Below, piece after piece: positions 1 to 8,656 of a DNA stretch of 32,000 nucleotides. The notes beneath the pieces are model-generated. The model worked only from the letters and a program-made list of their open reading frames with translations. It was not told the origin of the DNA and made no database searches. This DNA is from Erysipelothrix larvae (GTDB lineage Bacteria > Bacillota_I > Bacilli_A > Erysipelotrichales > Erysipelotrichaceae): positions 960,001 through 992,000 of the forward strand of contig NZ_CP013213.1 of assembly GCF_001545095.1 (NCBI RefSeq), in the 5' to 3' direction. The translations under genes and the position numbers were made by a program. Every line of letters starts with the position of its first letter. Within the stretch, counting starts at the first letter, position 1.

Positions 1-59
1 TATTATTGCGTTTATGCAGTAAACAGTTTAAAATAGTTAGTATCGAGGAAGGTGAATTT

Positions 60-284
60 ATGTTATTAGTAGCTACAAGTTTATGGTCAACATTCTGGAC
101 ATTTATTGGTGGAATGGCCGTAGGTGCTGTGATTGCGTTTTTTGTAACAAAGCATATGTTTGAAAAACAAATAAAGGAAAACCCACCAATCAATGAAAAA
201 ATGATTCGTGCGATGTATATGCAAATGGGACGTAAACCGTCTGAAGCTCAAATTCGTGCAATTATGAAGTCGATGGGGCAATAA
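60..284 (+). CDS. UPF0154/YneF-family small membrane protein
   Basis: Listed ORF is 6..284. The internal ATG at 60 follows GAGGAAGGTG (45-54). It has one N-terminal TM helix and a conserved tail (PPINEKMIRAMYMQMGRKPSEAQI) typical of the YneF family. Confidence 0.7.
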   Translation: MLLVATSLWSTFWTFIGGMAVGAVIAFFVTKHMFEKQIKENPPINEKMIRAMYMQMGRKPSEAQIRAIMKSMGQ

Positions 285-309
285 AAACACAGTTCGACCT
301 GTGTTTTTT
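285..309 (+). terminator. Rho-independent terminator after the yneF-like gene
   Basis: Stem aaacacag (285-292) pairs with ctgtgttt (299-306), followed by a T-run to 309. Confidence 0.75.
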
Positions 310-319
310 AATTATTTAG

Positions 320-1033
320 ATGAAAAAGTTCTTAAAACGTGTCCTCGTATGGACCTTAATTGTCACATTGGTTGTTTCCACGGTACTGATCTTTCTTGGA
401 CTTCAAGATTATAAGCGTGTCGTAGCCCAACGACCAATTGAAACCTATGTTGCGCAAATCCAAGCTGAACCCGGGTTTGTAAGCTTAGATGAGGTGTCAG
501 AGATGTTTGTAGATGCAGTTGTGGCAGTGGAGGACAGTCGCTTTTGGACACGTAACTCAGTGTTAGACATAAGAGCCATAGGGCGTGCTACCTACGTGAA
601 TCTCACAAATCTTAATTTCTTAGAAGGTGCATCTACAATTCCTCAACAAGTGGCTAAAAATATGTATTTCGATGAAGAAGTAAGTGTGATTCGTAAAATC
701 TCTGAGTTTTTTGTCGCCAGACACTTAGATAATCTATATACTCGCGCGGAAATATTAGAACTTTATATAAATAAAATATATTATGGTGCAAATGCCTATG
801 GTATCAGTGAGGCCAGCTTGATCTATTTTGATACAACACCACTTAACCTTACGGATGCTCAAGCAACGATGCTTGCTGGACTACCACAAGCACCATCATC
901 CTTTAATCCATTTCTCTTTTATGAGTCTGCAAAAGCACGACAACGCATCGTAATTAATCGACTCATTTCAAATGGATTTATAACAGAAGAATTTGGAGAA
1001 GAAATTTATCAAATGGAGGTTTTTAATGACTAA
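320..1033 (+). CDS. Monofunctional peptidoglycan transglycosylase (GT51 family)
   Basis: N-terminal membrane anchor plus GT51 motifs: EDSRFWTRNS, GASTIPQQVAKN, RKISEFFVARHLD..ILELYINKIYYG, LAGLPQAPSSFNP. No clear SD sequence lies before the ATG, so the start is less certain. Confidence 0.8.
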   Translation: MKKFLKRVLVWTLIVTLVVSTVLIFLGLQDYKRVVAQRPIETYVAQIQAEPGFVSLDEVSEMFVDAVVAVEDSRFWTRNSVLDIRAIGRATYVNLTNLNFLEGASTIPQQVAKNMYFDEEVSVIRKISEFFVARHLDNLYTRAEILELYINKIYYGANAYGISEASLIYFDTTPLNLTDAQATMLAGLPQAPSSFNPFLFYESAKARQRIVINRLISNGFITEEFGEEIYQMEVFND

Positions 1034-2021
1034 GATGAGAATGATCAGCGGGATCAAACCAACCGGAAAATTGCATTTGGGGAATTATATTGGTGCACTT
1101 CGCAATTTTGTTGCGATGCAAGATGAATATGAGATGATTGTGTTCATCGCGAACCTACACTGTATTACCTTGCCCATCGATCCAGAAGAACTCAAAGGAT
1201 ACTTAAAAGATCAGGTGCTCTTTTATTTAGCCTGTGGACTCGATCCACAAAAATCCACCATTTTCTTGCAAAGTGATGTGATGGAACATGCTCAATTGGG
1301 GTATATATTATCGTGTCTTACATCAATGGGCGAACTAAACCGACAAACTCAATTCAAAGATAAAAAAGACTCGGGTCAAACGCTAACGGCGGGGTTTTAT
1401 ACCTATCCAGCATTAATGGCATCTGATATCTTAATTCATAAAGTAGATGGGGTTCCTGTAGGGGAAGACCAAAAACAACATGTTGAACTTGCACGGGATT
1501 TAGCGCAACGATTCAACCAACGCTTTGGGGGTGAAACGTTGATTGTCCCTGAAGTTGTGATGCCAAAAGTAGGCAAACGCATTATGTCACTTCAAGATCC
1601 TACAAAGAAGATGAGTAAATCCGATCATTTTGGTGAAAAGGGTGTAATTTATCTCAGTGATGACTTGAAAACAGCACGCAAGAAGATTATGAGCGCAGTG
1701 ACAGACAGTGATATGCTTGTGAAATACGATGTTGAAAATAAACCCGGAGTATCAAATCTCTTGTCAATATATGCAGCACTTAAAAACGTGTCCATTCAAG
1801 ATGCCGAAGCCGAGTTTGAAGGGTGTCAATATGGAACCTTTAAGAAAGCTGTCGCAGATGTGGTTGTGTCAGAATTAGAAATGATTCAAAATCGCTACAA
1901 CGAAATTAAGGACAGCGGCATCGTTGAAGAAGTCTTAGCACACGGTGCAAGCAAAGTGCGTGTTCAAGCACAAAGTACCCTTAAAGAAGTTCAACAAAAA
2001 ATGGGATTGGAGTGGATGTAA
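1026..2021 (+). CDS. trpS: Tryptophan--tRNA ligase
   Basis: Class I aaRS motifs are present: GIKPTGKLHLGNY (HIGH-like) and KMSKS. The ATG at 1026 is preceded by GGAGG (1015-1019) and the gene overlaps the upstream gene by 8 nt. The ORF-track start at 993 lacks an RBS. Confidence 0.93.
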   Translation: MTKMRMISGIKPTGKLHLGNYIGALRNFVAMQDEYEMIVFIANLHCITLPIDPEELKGYLKDQVLFYLACGLDPQKSTIFLQSDVMEHAQLGYILSCLTSMGELNRQTQFKDKKDSGQTLTAGFYTYPALMASDILIHKVDGVPVGEDQKQHVELARDLAQRFNQRFGGETLIVPEVVMPKVGKRIMSLQDPTKKMSKSDHFGEKGVIYLSDDLKTARKKIMSAVTDSDMLVKYDVENKPGVSNLLSIYAALKNVSIQDAEAEFEGCQYGTFKKAVADVVVSELEMIQNRYNEIKDSGIVEEVLAHGASKVRVQAQSTLKEVQQKMGLEWM

Positions 2022-2025
2022 CGAC

Positions 2026-2868
2026 ATGGAACGAATCCTAGAAATTATCCTTTTAGCAATCGTCCAGGGTATTACCGAACCCCTACCCATCTCATCCAGT
2101 GGTCACCTTGTCATCTTTCAAAGTGTGTTTAACATAGAAGGTGGAAGTGGCCTTGAACTCGAGATTTTGTTGCATCTTGGGTCGTTAATCGCAATCTTAG
2201 TCTTTTACTGGGAAGATGTGAAAAATCTGTTTGGAAAAGGATTGGGTTATTTGTGGCATTCGATCTTGTATGTTCTGAATAAGGGTGATGCGCCTAAGAA
2301 GGAAAATCAAAAACATTTTCTTTATGGTGTGAATGTCTTAATTGCAACGATACCAGCAGCAATCTTTGGTATCTTATTCAAAGATTGGATTGAAGAAACA
2401 TTGATGAATCCAAAGGCGGTAGGGATTGCACTCATTTTTACAGCAGGTGTACTATTTGCTGCTTTTAAAATTAGTGGAAATAAAACAGACAAAGATTTTA
2501 AACCTAAAAACGCGCTTTATACAGGATTAATGCAAATTATTGCACTTTTTCCAGGTGTTTCACGCAGTGGATCTACAACCTGTGCATCCTTAATTCAAGG
2601 ATTTAATGTAGAATCATCCATGAAATTCTCGTTCATAATGTTTATTCCAGTTGCTTTAGGGGCAATGGTTTTAGGACTTAATGACTTTTTATCACAACCT
2701 GATCTTACAAGTCTTTTAATTCCTTATACAATCGGTGTAATTGTAAGTGGTGTTGTAACGTATTATTGTTTGAAATTGTTCCAAAACATTTTAAAGAAAC
2801 GTCGTCTTGATGTTTTTGCATTATATTGTGTCTCTGTGGGGATCTTATCAGTCTTATTTTTGAAATAG
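2026..2868 (+). CDS. uppP: Undecaprenyl-diphosphate phosphatase (BacA/UppP)
   Basis: Polytopic membrane protein with UppP motifs GITEPLPISSSGHL and PGVSRSGSTT. The start is the ATG at 2026, just after the trpS stop; the ORF-track extension from 1945 overlaps trpS. Confidence 0.9.
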   Translation: MERILEIILLAIVQGITEPLPISSSGHLVIFQSVFNIEGGSGLELEILLHLGSLIAILVFYWEDVKNLFGKGLGYLWHSILYVLNKGDAPKKENQKHFLYGVNVLIATIPAAIFGILFKDWIEETLMNPKAVGIALIFTAGVLFAAFKISGNKTDKDFKPKNALYTGLMQIIALFPGVSRSGSTTCASLIQGFNVESSMKFSFIMFIPVALGAMVLGLNDFLSQPDLTSLLIPYTIGVIVSGVVTYYCLKLFQNILKKRRLDVFALYCVSVGILSVLFLK

Positions 2869-2924
2869 TATTTGATAAATTTAATTTAGTAGTTATAATT
2901 ATAGTGACGGAAGGGGTTGCCCAT

Positions 2925-3359
2925 ATGATTGTATTATATTCTTCACCAGGCTGTGCTTCTTGTCGAAAAGTTCGACAATGGTTAAAGGAGCGCCATTTAA
3001 AGTTTATCGAAAAAAATATTTTTACAGCGGTACTTAGCGAGCGCGAAATCAAGTATCTCTTGATGCGCAGTGAGAACGGTGCTGAGGATATAATTTCAAA
3101 ACGTTCAAAAGTTATGCAAGAAGCTCACATTAACCTTGATGAGCTTTCAGTAAGTGAATTAATTGCCTTTATTCAACGTCATCCAAGTATCTTAAAACGA
3201 CCAATCGTATTGAATGAAAAATCATTCCTAGTTGGCTATGACGAAGAGGAAATTAATGCATTTCTTCCGCATGAACTCAGACATATGCACCATTATCCAA
3301 TCCATCATGATTTGGATGATGAAGGATCTGTCAATTTAGAAATGAAAGATGATGATTAA
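2925..3359 (+). CDS. spx: Spx/ArsC-family redox-sensing transcriptional regulator
   Basis: MIVLYSSPGCASCRKVRQWL contains the CxxC motif, and the protein resembles Spx over its full length (RSKV..., ILKRPI..., VGYDEEEI..FLP). The ATG at 2925 follows GGAAGGGG. The C-terminal tail is atypically His/Asp-rich. Confidence 0.85.
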   Translation: MIVLYSSPGCASCRKVRQWLKERHLKFIEKNIFTAVLSEREIKYLLMRSENGAEDIISKRSKVMQEAHINLDELSVSELIAFIQRHPSILKRPIVLNEKSFLVGYDEEEINAFLPHELRHMHHYPIHHDLDDEGSVNLEMKDDD

Positions 3360-4492
3360 TGAAAGTATTAGTGGGATTATCAGGTGGCGTTGATAGTGCA
3401 GTTGCTGCCTACTTATTAAAGGCACAAGGCTATGATGTTACCTGTGCTTTTATGAGAAACTGGGATTCCTTTACAAACAATGATATCTTAGGAAACCCAA
3501 CAATTATGGATGATATGTGTTCTCAAGAAGTAGACTATAATGATGCGAAAAAAGTCGCAGATCATTTAGGTCTACCTCTTTTGCGTGTAGATTATGTTAA
3601 AGATTATTGGGATAATGTTTTTACAACTTTTATCAGTGAGACTGAAAAAGGGTATACACCCAATCCAGACATTTTGTGCAATAAATACGTAAAATTTGAT
3701 GCATTTTATGATTTTATGGAACAAGAAGGCTTTGATGCGCTTGCGACAGGTCATTATGCGCAAATCATCAACAATACCTTAGTGCGAGGACTTGATGGCA
3801 ATAAAGATCAAACCTATTTTCTTAGCCGCATCAATCCATCCGTATTAAGTCATGTATTATTTCCATTAGGAAATATGACAAAACAAGAAGTAAGAAAAAT
3901 AGCAATTGAACAAAACATTCCGGTTGCGACCAAAAAAGATTCTACAGGAATTTGCTTTATTGGTGAGCGTCACTATCGTGAGTTCTTAAAAAACTATGTT
4001 AAAGATCGTGAAGGCGATATTCTAGATTTTGATACTGGAACGGTTGTGGGGCGTCATAATGGCGTGATGTTTTATACAATTGGTCAACGACATGGCCTGG
4101 ATATCAGTGGTGCAATGGGGCCCTGGTTTGTAGTAGGAAAAGACATGAGCACCAATAATCTGTATGTTGGTAGGGGGAGCGATCATCCAGAACTCTTTGC
4201 CTATCGCTGTGTTATTGATGATGTGAACTGGTTTGGATCAAAACATGAAGGATTGATGGACTGTACTGCGAAGTTTAGATATCGCCAACCCGATCAACCT
4301 GTATCCATCCGGTTTATCGATGCAACAACACTTGAAGTATTGATGCCAAAGGGTGTCAAGGCTGTTACTTTGGGTCAAGAAGCAGTTTTTTATCACGATG
4401 AAGTTTGCTTAGGTGGAGGACGCATTGCACGCGTATTTAATAAAGACGACCAAGAAGTGCTTTATGATTCTTCAAAAAAGGAGACACTATGA
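3359..4492 (+). CDS. mnmA: tRNA 2-thiouridine(34) synthase
   Basis: PP-loop SGGVDSAVAA, CNKYVKFDAF, KDQTYFL and GICFIGER motifs are present. Its start overlaps the spx stop (TAATG). Confidence 0.95.
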   Translation: MKVLVGLSGGVDSAVAAYLLKAQGYDVTCAFMRNWDSFTNNDILGNPTIMDDMCSQEVDYNDAKKVADHLGLPLLRVDYVKDYWDNVFTTFISETEKGYTPNPDILCNKYVKFDAFYDFMEQEGFDALATGHYAQIINNTLVRGLDGNKDQTYFLSRINPSVLSHVLFPLGNMTKQEVRKIAIEQNIPVATKKDSTGICFIGERHYREFLKNYVKDREGDILDFDTGTVVGRHNGVMFYTIGQRHGLDISGAMGPWFVVGKDMSTNNLYVGRGSDHPELFAYRCVIDDVNWFGSKHEGLMDCTAKFRYRQPDQPVSIRFIDATTLEVLMPKGVKAVTLGQEAVFYHDEVCLGGGRIARVFNKDDQEVLYDSSKKETL

Positions 4493-5241
4493 AACTTAAA
4501 CTAAGAGAAGAAAGAAATTTTACAATACGACATACACTGTGGTACTCTGTGATTTATTTTGGTGTCGTTCAAGCAATTATACCAATTATCTTAGGGGTTG
4601 TTGCAGGAATCTTTGGCGACTATGAGATGACCGCATCGGGTGTCCTTGTGTTGCCAATCTATTATGATTTTATTGTTTATCTTGTTGGATTGGTTTTGTT
4701 TTATCTTGTGTCGATTGGCGTTGTCCGCACGCAATGGGAACTGTTTAAGCATAATTTCCTTGAAAACATTAAAACGATTTTGATTTTATTTGTAATGATG
4801 CAAGTGTTAGTCATTGCATCAAATATCATTATTGGTTACTTGATGGGAACCGATACAAGTTCAAATCAATCAAATATTATGGAAATTGCACGCTACGCAC
4901 CCACTTTTGTGATATTTGTGACGTTAATCTTTGCGCCAATCTGTGAAGAACTTCTGTTCAGAGGTGGTTTTTATTTTGGATTTGTTCGCTCAGGCATGAG
5001 TGAAACAAAAGCGACACTCATCAGTTCATTTGGTTTTGGTCTTTTACACGTAGCACCCAGCTTGTTTGTGAATGGTTCACTTGTTCTCAGTGAAGTCTTA
5101 TATATTATTCCTTATGCATTTATGGGATTTTTCTTTACCACTGCAGCACGAAAAACCAACAATATCTGGGGTTCAATTACGCTACACTTCCTTAATAATT
5201 TATTATCAGTCCTCATTTTATTCTTATTCTCATTATATTAG
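4489..5241 (+). CDS. CPBP-family intramembrane metalloprotease (CAAX protease-like)
   Basis: Multi-TM protein with EELLFRG, FGLLH and HFLNN motifs. ATGA overlap with mnmA; AAGGAG RBS. Confidence 0.8.
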   Translation: MKLKLREERNFTIRHTLWYSVIYFGVVQAIIPIILGVVAGIFGDYEMTASGVLVLPIYYDFIVYLVGLVLFYLVSIGVVRTQWELFKHNFLENIKTILILFVMMQVLVIASNIIIGYLMGTDTSSNQSNIMEIARYAPTFVIFVTLIFAPICEELLFRGGFYFGFVRSGMSETKATLISSFGFGLLHVAPSLFVNGSLVLSEVLYIIPYAFMGFFFTTAARKTNNIWGSITLHFLNNLLSVLILFLFSLY

Positions 5242-5253
5242 GAGTGATTCTTT

Positions 5254-7386
5254 ATGAACGTTGAAATTGAAGGAATTGTTGACAGCGAGATATTCTTTAA
5301 TGAAGGCAATCATTACGGTGTGTATCGCGTTGTCGCATCTGACTCAAATGATCGTCCAATAACTATTGTCGGAAACTTCTATAAGTTAGAAGTTGATTCA
5401 TATTATGCATTTAGCGGGTCCTTTATCGAGAACCCGCGTTTTGGTATGCAGTTTCAGGTTGAATCCTATGAAAAGAAACTTCCCATCAAAGATGAATACA
5501 TTATTCGGTATTTAAGTGGGGTCTCATTTCCGGGAATTGGACCCAAAACTGCTCAAATTTTGGTTGAGAAAATGGGATCAGATGTTTTAGAAATCATAAA
5601 AAACAGCCGTGATGAGATGTTAGAAGTTACAGGGGTGTCTTCAGACAAAATTGAAGTGATTAAATCTGTACTCCAACACCAAACAGGCTTTGATGAATCC
5701 ATCCAGTTTTTAAACATGCATGGAATTACAGGTACCTTGATTCAATCAATCTTGAATATCTATGGAGAAGATACTCGTCAAGTACTTGAAATCAATCCGT
5801 ACCGCATGATTGAAGAAGTCAGTGGTATAGGGTTTAAAACCGCAGATAAATTAGGTCAATCTTTATTGTTTGAACAAGATCATCCGTTCAGACTTGAAGG
5901 GTACCTCATTTACGTATATCAAGAAGTGTGTTTCAAAGATGGACATTCCTTTATCTACAAAGAAGATTTACACAACCGTATCGATATTAGTGGCGATGAT
6001 TTTGAAGCTGCATATGATCGTCTTTTACAAAAAGGGATATTAATTGATGATGAAGGGAAAATCTATCACCACACACAATATGATGCTGAAGTAAATGTCG
6101 CAAGGTTCTTAGTTGATCATAAACACAAATCAGTGTTTGAACTGGATAATATTGATGAATCCATTGTTCGGATTCAACGACGTTTGGGGATAGTTTTTGA
6201 TGATAATCAACGCGATGCCATTAAACAAGTCTTTGATCAATCGGTTGTTATTATTACTGGAGGCCCAGGGACGGGTAAGAGCACTTTATTGTCCGGTGTC
6301 ATATCAATTATCCAAGATGAACTTAAAGACGTCAGTATTACGCTATGTGCGCCTACTGGACGCGCAGCGAAACGTTTAGAATCTTTAACCAAAGTAAATG
6401 CCGCAACGATTCACTCAGTTTTGAAATGGAACCTTCATACCAATGTATTTGGAATGAATGAAACCAATCCACTTGAAAGTGATGTCGTGATTGTTGATGA
6501 GTTTTCAATGGTAGACATTTGGCTTTTATATAAGTTAATCTTGGCGGGTTCTAAAGTAAAGAAATTTGTATTTGTGGGGGATAAGGATCAGCTCCCATCC
6601 GTTGGGCCTGGATATGTTCTTTCTGACTTATTAGAGAGTGATGGGTTTGAAGTCATCCGACTTGAACACAATTACCGTCAAGAACAAGGGTCAGAAGTCA
6701 TTGATTTAGCCCTTTCGTTTAATGAAGGAATTTTTGATATCAGTCATTATCATAAAGATGTGAAGTATTTTGATTCAAGATATGGAAGTGCAAAGGATAT
6801 CGTTGTAAAAGTTGTAAATGAAGCGATGGATCGTGGATATTCTCTGAATGATATTCAAGTATTATCTCCGAAATATGCTGGACCCAATGGAATTGATAAT
6901 CTGAATTACTTTCTTCAAAAATCTTGCAATCCTGAATCGATGCATAAACGCTTTGTGCAAGTTGGCGCGCGCATCTTTAGGGAAGGTGATAAGATTCTTC
7001 AACTGAAAAATCAACCGGATGACGGTGTTTACAATGGCGATATTGGAACATTGGTGGAGATTGACGATGATCGCAGTTTGATTGTGGATTTTGACGGATT
7101 ATTTGTAACTTACGACAAATCAAATTACATTAATATATCCCATGCCTATGCGATGAGTGTTCATAAAGCACAAGGAAGTGAATATCCAATTGTAATCTTG
7201 CTGGCATCAAGAGATTTTGGAATGATGTTATCACGCAAACTTTATTACACTGCGATAACCCGTTCATCGAAATCGGTGATTTTGGTAGGGGATTTGAACT
7301 CGTTTGATAAAGCAAGCAAAACCGATACGCAAATTCACAGAAACACCTATCTTAAAGAACGCATTCTTCATCTCATGAACGATTAA
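5254..7386 (+). CDS. recD2: RecD2-type ATP-dependent DNA helicase (SF1B)
   Basis: HhH region followed by Walker A GGPGTGKST, DEFSMVD, GDKDQLPSVGPG and a C-terminal SH3-like/helicase motif VHKAQGSEYP. Size and architecture match Firmicute RecD2/YrrC. Confidence 0.9.
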   Translation: MNVEIEGIVDSEIFFNEGNHYGVYRVVASDSNDRPITIVGNFYKLEVDSYYAFSGSFIENPRFGMQFQVESYEKKLPIKDEYIIRYLSGVSFPGIGPKTAQILVEKMGSDVLEIIKNSRDEMLEVTGVSSDKIEVIKSVLQHQTGFDESIQFLNMHGITGTLIQSILNIYGEDTRQVLEINPYRMIEEVSGIGFKTADKLGQSLLFEQDHPFRLEGYLIYVYQEVCFKDGHSFIYKEDLHNRIDISGDDFEAAYDRLLQKGILIDDEGKIYHHTQYDAEVNVARFLVDHKHKSVFELDNIDESIVRIQRRLGIVFDDNQRDAIKQVFDQSVVIITGGPGTGKSTLLSGVISIIQDELKDVSITLCAPTGRAAKRLESLTKVNAATIHSVLKWNLHTNVFGMNETNPLESDVVIVDEFSMVDIWLLYKLILAGSKVKKFVFVGDKDQLPSVGPGYVLSDLLESDGFEVIRLEHNYRQEQGSEVIDLALSFNEGIFDISHYHKDVKYFDSRYGSAKDIVVKVVNEAMDRGYSLNDIQVLSPKYAGPNGIDNLNYFLQKSCNPESMHKRFVQVGARIFREGDKILQLKNQPDDGVYNGDIGTLVEIDDDRSLIVDFDGLFVTYDKSNYINISHAYAMSVHKAQGSEYPIVILLASRDFGMMLSRKLYYTAITRSSKSVILVGDLNSFDKASKTDTQIHRNTYLKERILHLMND

Positions 7387-7412
7387 GCTGGATTAATTCA
7401 GCTTTTTCTTTT
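7385..7412 (+). terminator. Rho-independent terminator after recD2
   Basis: aagctgga / ttcagctt stem with loop ttaa, followed by tttttctttt. Confidence 0.7.
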
Positions 7413-7497
7413 GATTGAGTTCTAAGAAGTTTAAACAATGTACGAATCATTTAAGATCGTTTGCTGTATAATAATGAAGTGTAAGGGAGAAAAGGAT

Positions 7498-8034
7498 ATG
7501 GCAAGACCTACAACCAAACAGGATTTAATCCAAACCGCAAATGAAACCTACTTCAAACTCATCCAGATGATTGATACAATGCATGAGGATTTGTTGAATA
7601 AACCCTTTAGTTTCAGTGTTGAAAAAGAAAAAGGAGCACATTGGGCACGTGATAAAAACGTTCGTGATGTGATTGCGCACTTGTATGAATGGCATCAACT
7701 CTTAATCCATTGGATTGAATCCAATCAAAAAGGGGAAGACAAACCATTTTTACTTGACGGATATAATTGGAAGAATTATGGATCAATGAACCAGATGTTT
7801 TGGGAAAAACATCAATCCACATCACTGGATGATGCATTGAGTAATCTGAAAAATACACACCTTCATATCATGAACTGTGTCGAAGACTTTTCAAATGATG
7901 CCCTATTTTCAAAAGGGGTCTTCTCATGGACTAAGGGCAGTACATTGGGCAGTTATATTGTTTCATCAACGTCAAGCCACTATGAATGGGCCTATAAGAA
8001 AATAAAGAAACATGTGAAATCAAATCAAACTTAA
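7498..8034 (+). CDS. ClbS/DfsB-family four-helix-bundle protein (DUF1706)
   Basis: MARPTTKQDLI...start, and the length and pattern (HLYEWHQLLIHW..., GYNWKNYG..., FS..LF...W) resemble the colibactin self-protection protein ClbS. The ATG at 7498 follows AGGGAGAAAAGG. Confidence 0.7.
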   Translation: MARPTTKQDLIQTANETYFKLIQMIDTMHEDLLNKPFSFSVEKEKGAHWARDKNVRDVIAHLYEWHQLLIHWIESNQKGEDKPFLLDGYNWKNYGSMNQMFWEKHQSTSLDDALSNLKNTHLHIMNCVEDFSNDALFSKGVFSWTKGSTLGSYIVSSTSSHYEWAYKKIKKHVKSNQT

Positions 8035-8043
8035 AGACAAAAA

Positions 8044-8103
8044 AACACCGATAGTTAAAGCGTTTGTACTCAATACAACCTGCTTCATATCGGTGTTCTT
8101 TTA
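8044..8103. terminator. Putative bidirectional terminator between the ClbS-like gene and mscL
   Basis: 10-bp arms aacaccgata (8044-8053) and tatcggtgtt (8088-8097) are flanked by an A-run upstream and a T-run downstream. The long loop lowers confidence. Confidence 0.5.
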
Positions 8104-8511
8104 TTAAGCGTCTTTTTTTAATTCTGCTAAGATTTCTTGAAGTAAGATTGCTTCGTCAGACTTAACAGGATCTGCAATCACATCTTCTTTTTTCTTTGGT
8201 GCCATTTTGTTTATAACCTTCACAACCATAAAGATACAAAAAGCAATGATTAGAAAGTTAATTGTTGTTTGGATAAAGTTACCCCATGATACAAAAATTG
8301 CTTCTTTCCCTTCGGATGCACCGCGTAAAACCCATTGTTTTGTTTCAAGATTTCCAGAGTTTCCAAGTAAACTGATGAAGGGTGTAATAATATCGTTCAC
8401 AAGTGATGCTATAATACTGGAGAAAGCACCCCCAATTACAACCCCAATTGCGAGATCAAGCACGTTGCCACGCATTGCAAAGTCTTTGAATTCATTCAGA
8501 AATTTCTTCAT
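8104..8511 (-). CDS. mscL: Large-conductance mechanosensitive channel
   Basis: MKKFLNEFKDFAMRGNVLDLAIGVVIGGAF is the canonical MscL N-terminus. 135 aa with two TM helices; AGGAGG RBS. Confidence 0.95.
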   Translation of the reverse strand: MKKFLNEFKDFAMRGNVLDLAIGVVIGGAFSSIIASLVNDIITPFISLLGNSGNLETKQWVLRGASEGKEAIFVSWGNFIQTTINFLIIAFCIFMVVKVINKMAPKKKEDVIADPVKSDEAILLQEILAELKKDA

Positions 8512-8656
8512 AATATGCGCCTCCTATGTGTGAATTATAACATAATTCTATACCGTTTAAAGTTAAGCGCACCCAAACTTTATGAACTAAAAAATGTTTG
8601 ATGTATATATTGATATTTTTTGGAGTATAATAGATACCATAAATAGGAGGTAGAAT

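Noticed and set aside
8512-8656. Defined -35/-10 promoters in the mscL-pepD divergent region
   Set aside because: A TATAAT is present, but the candidate -35 hexamers lie at spacings of about 10 or 22 nt, so I could not support a specific promoter call.
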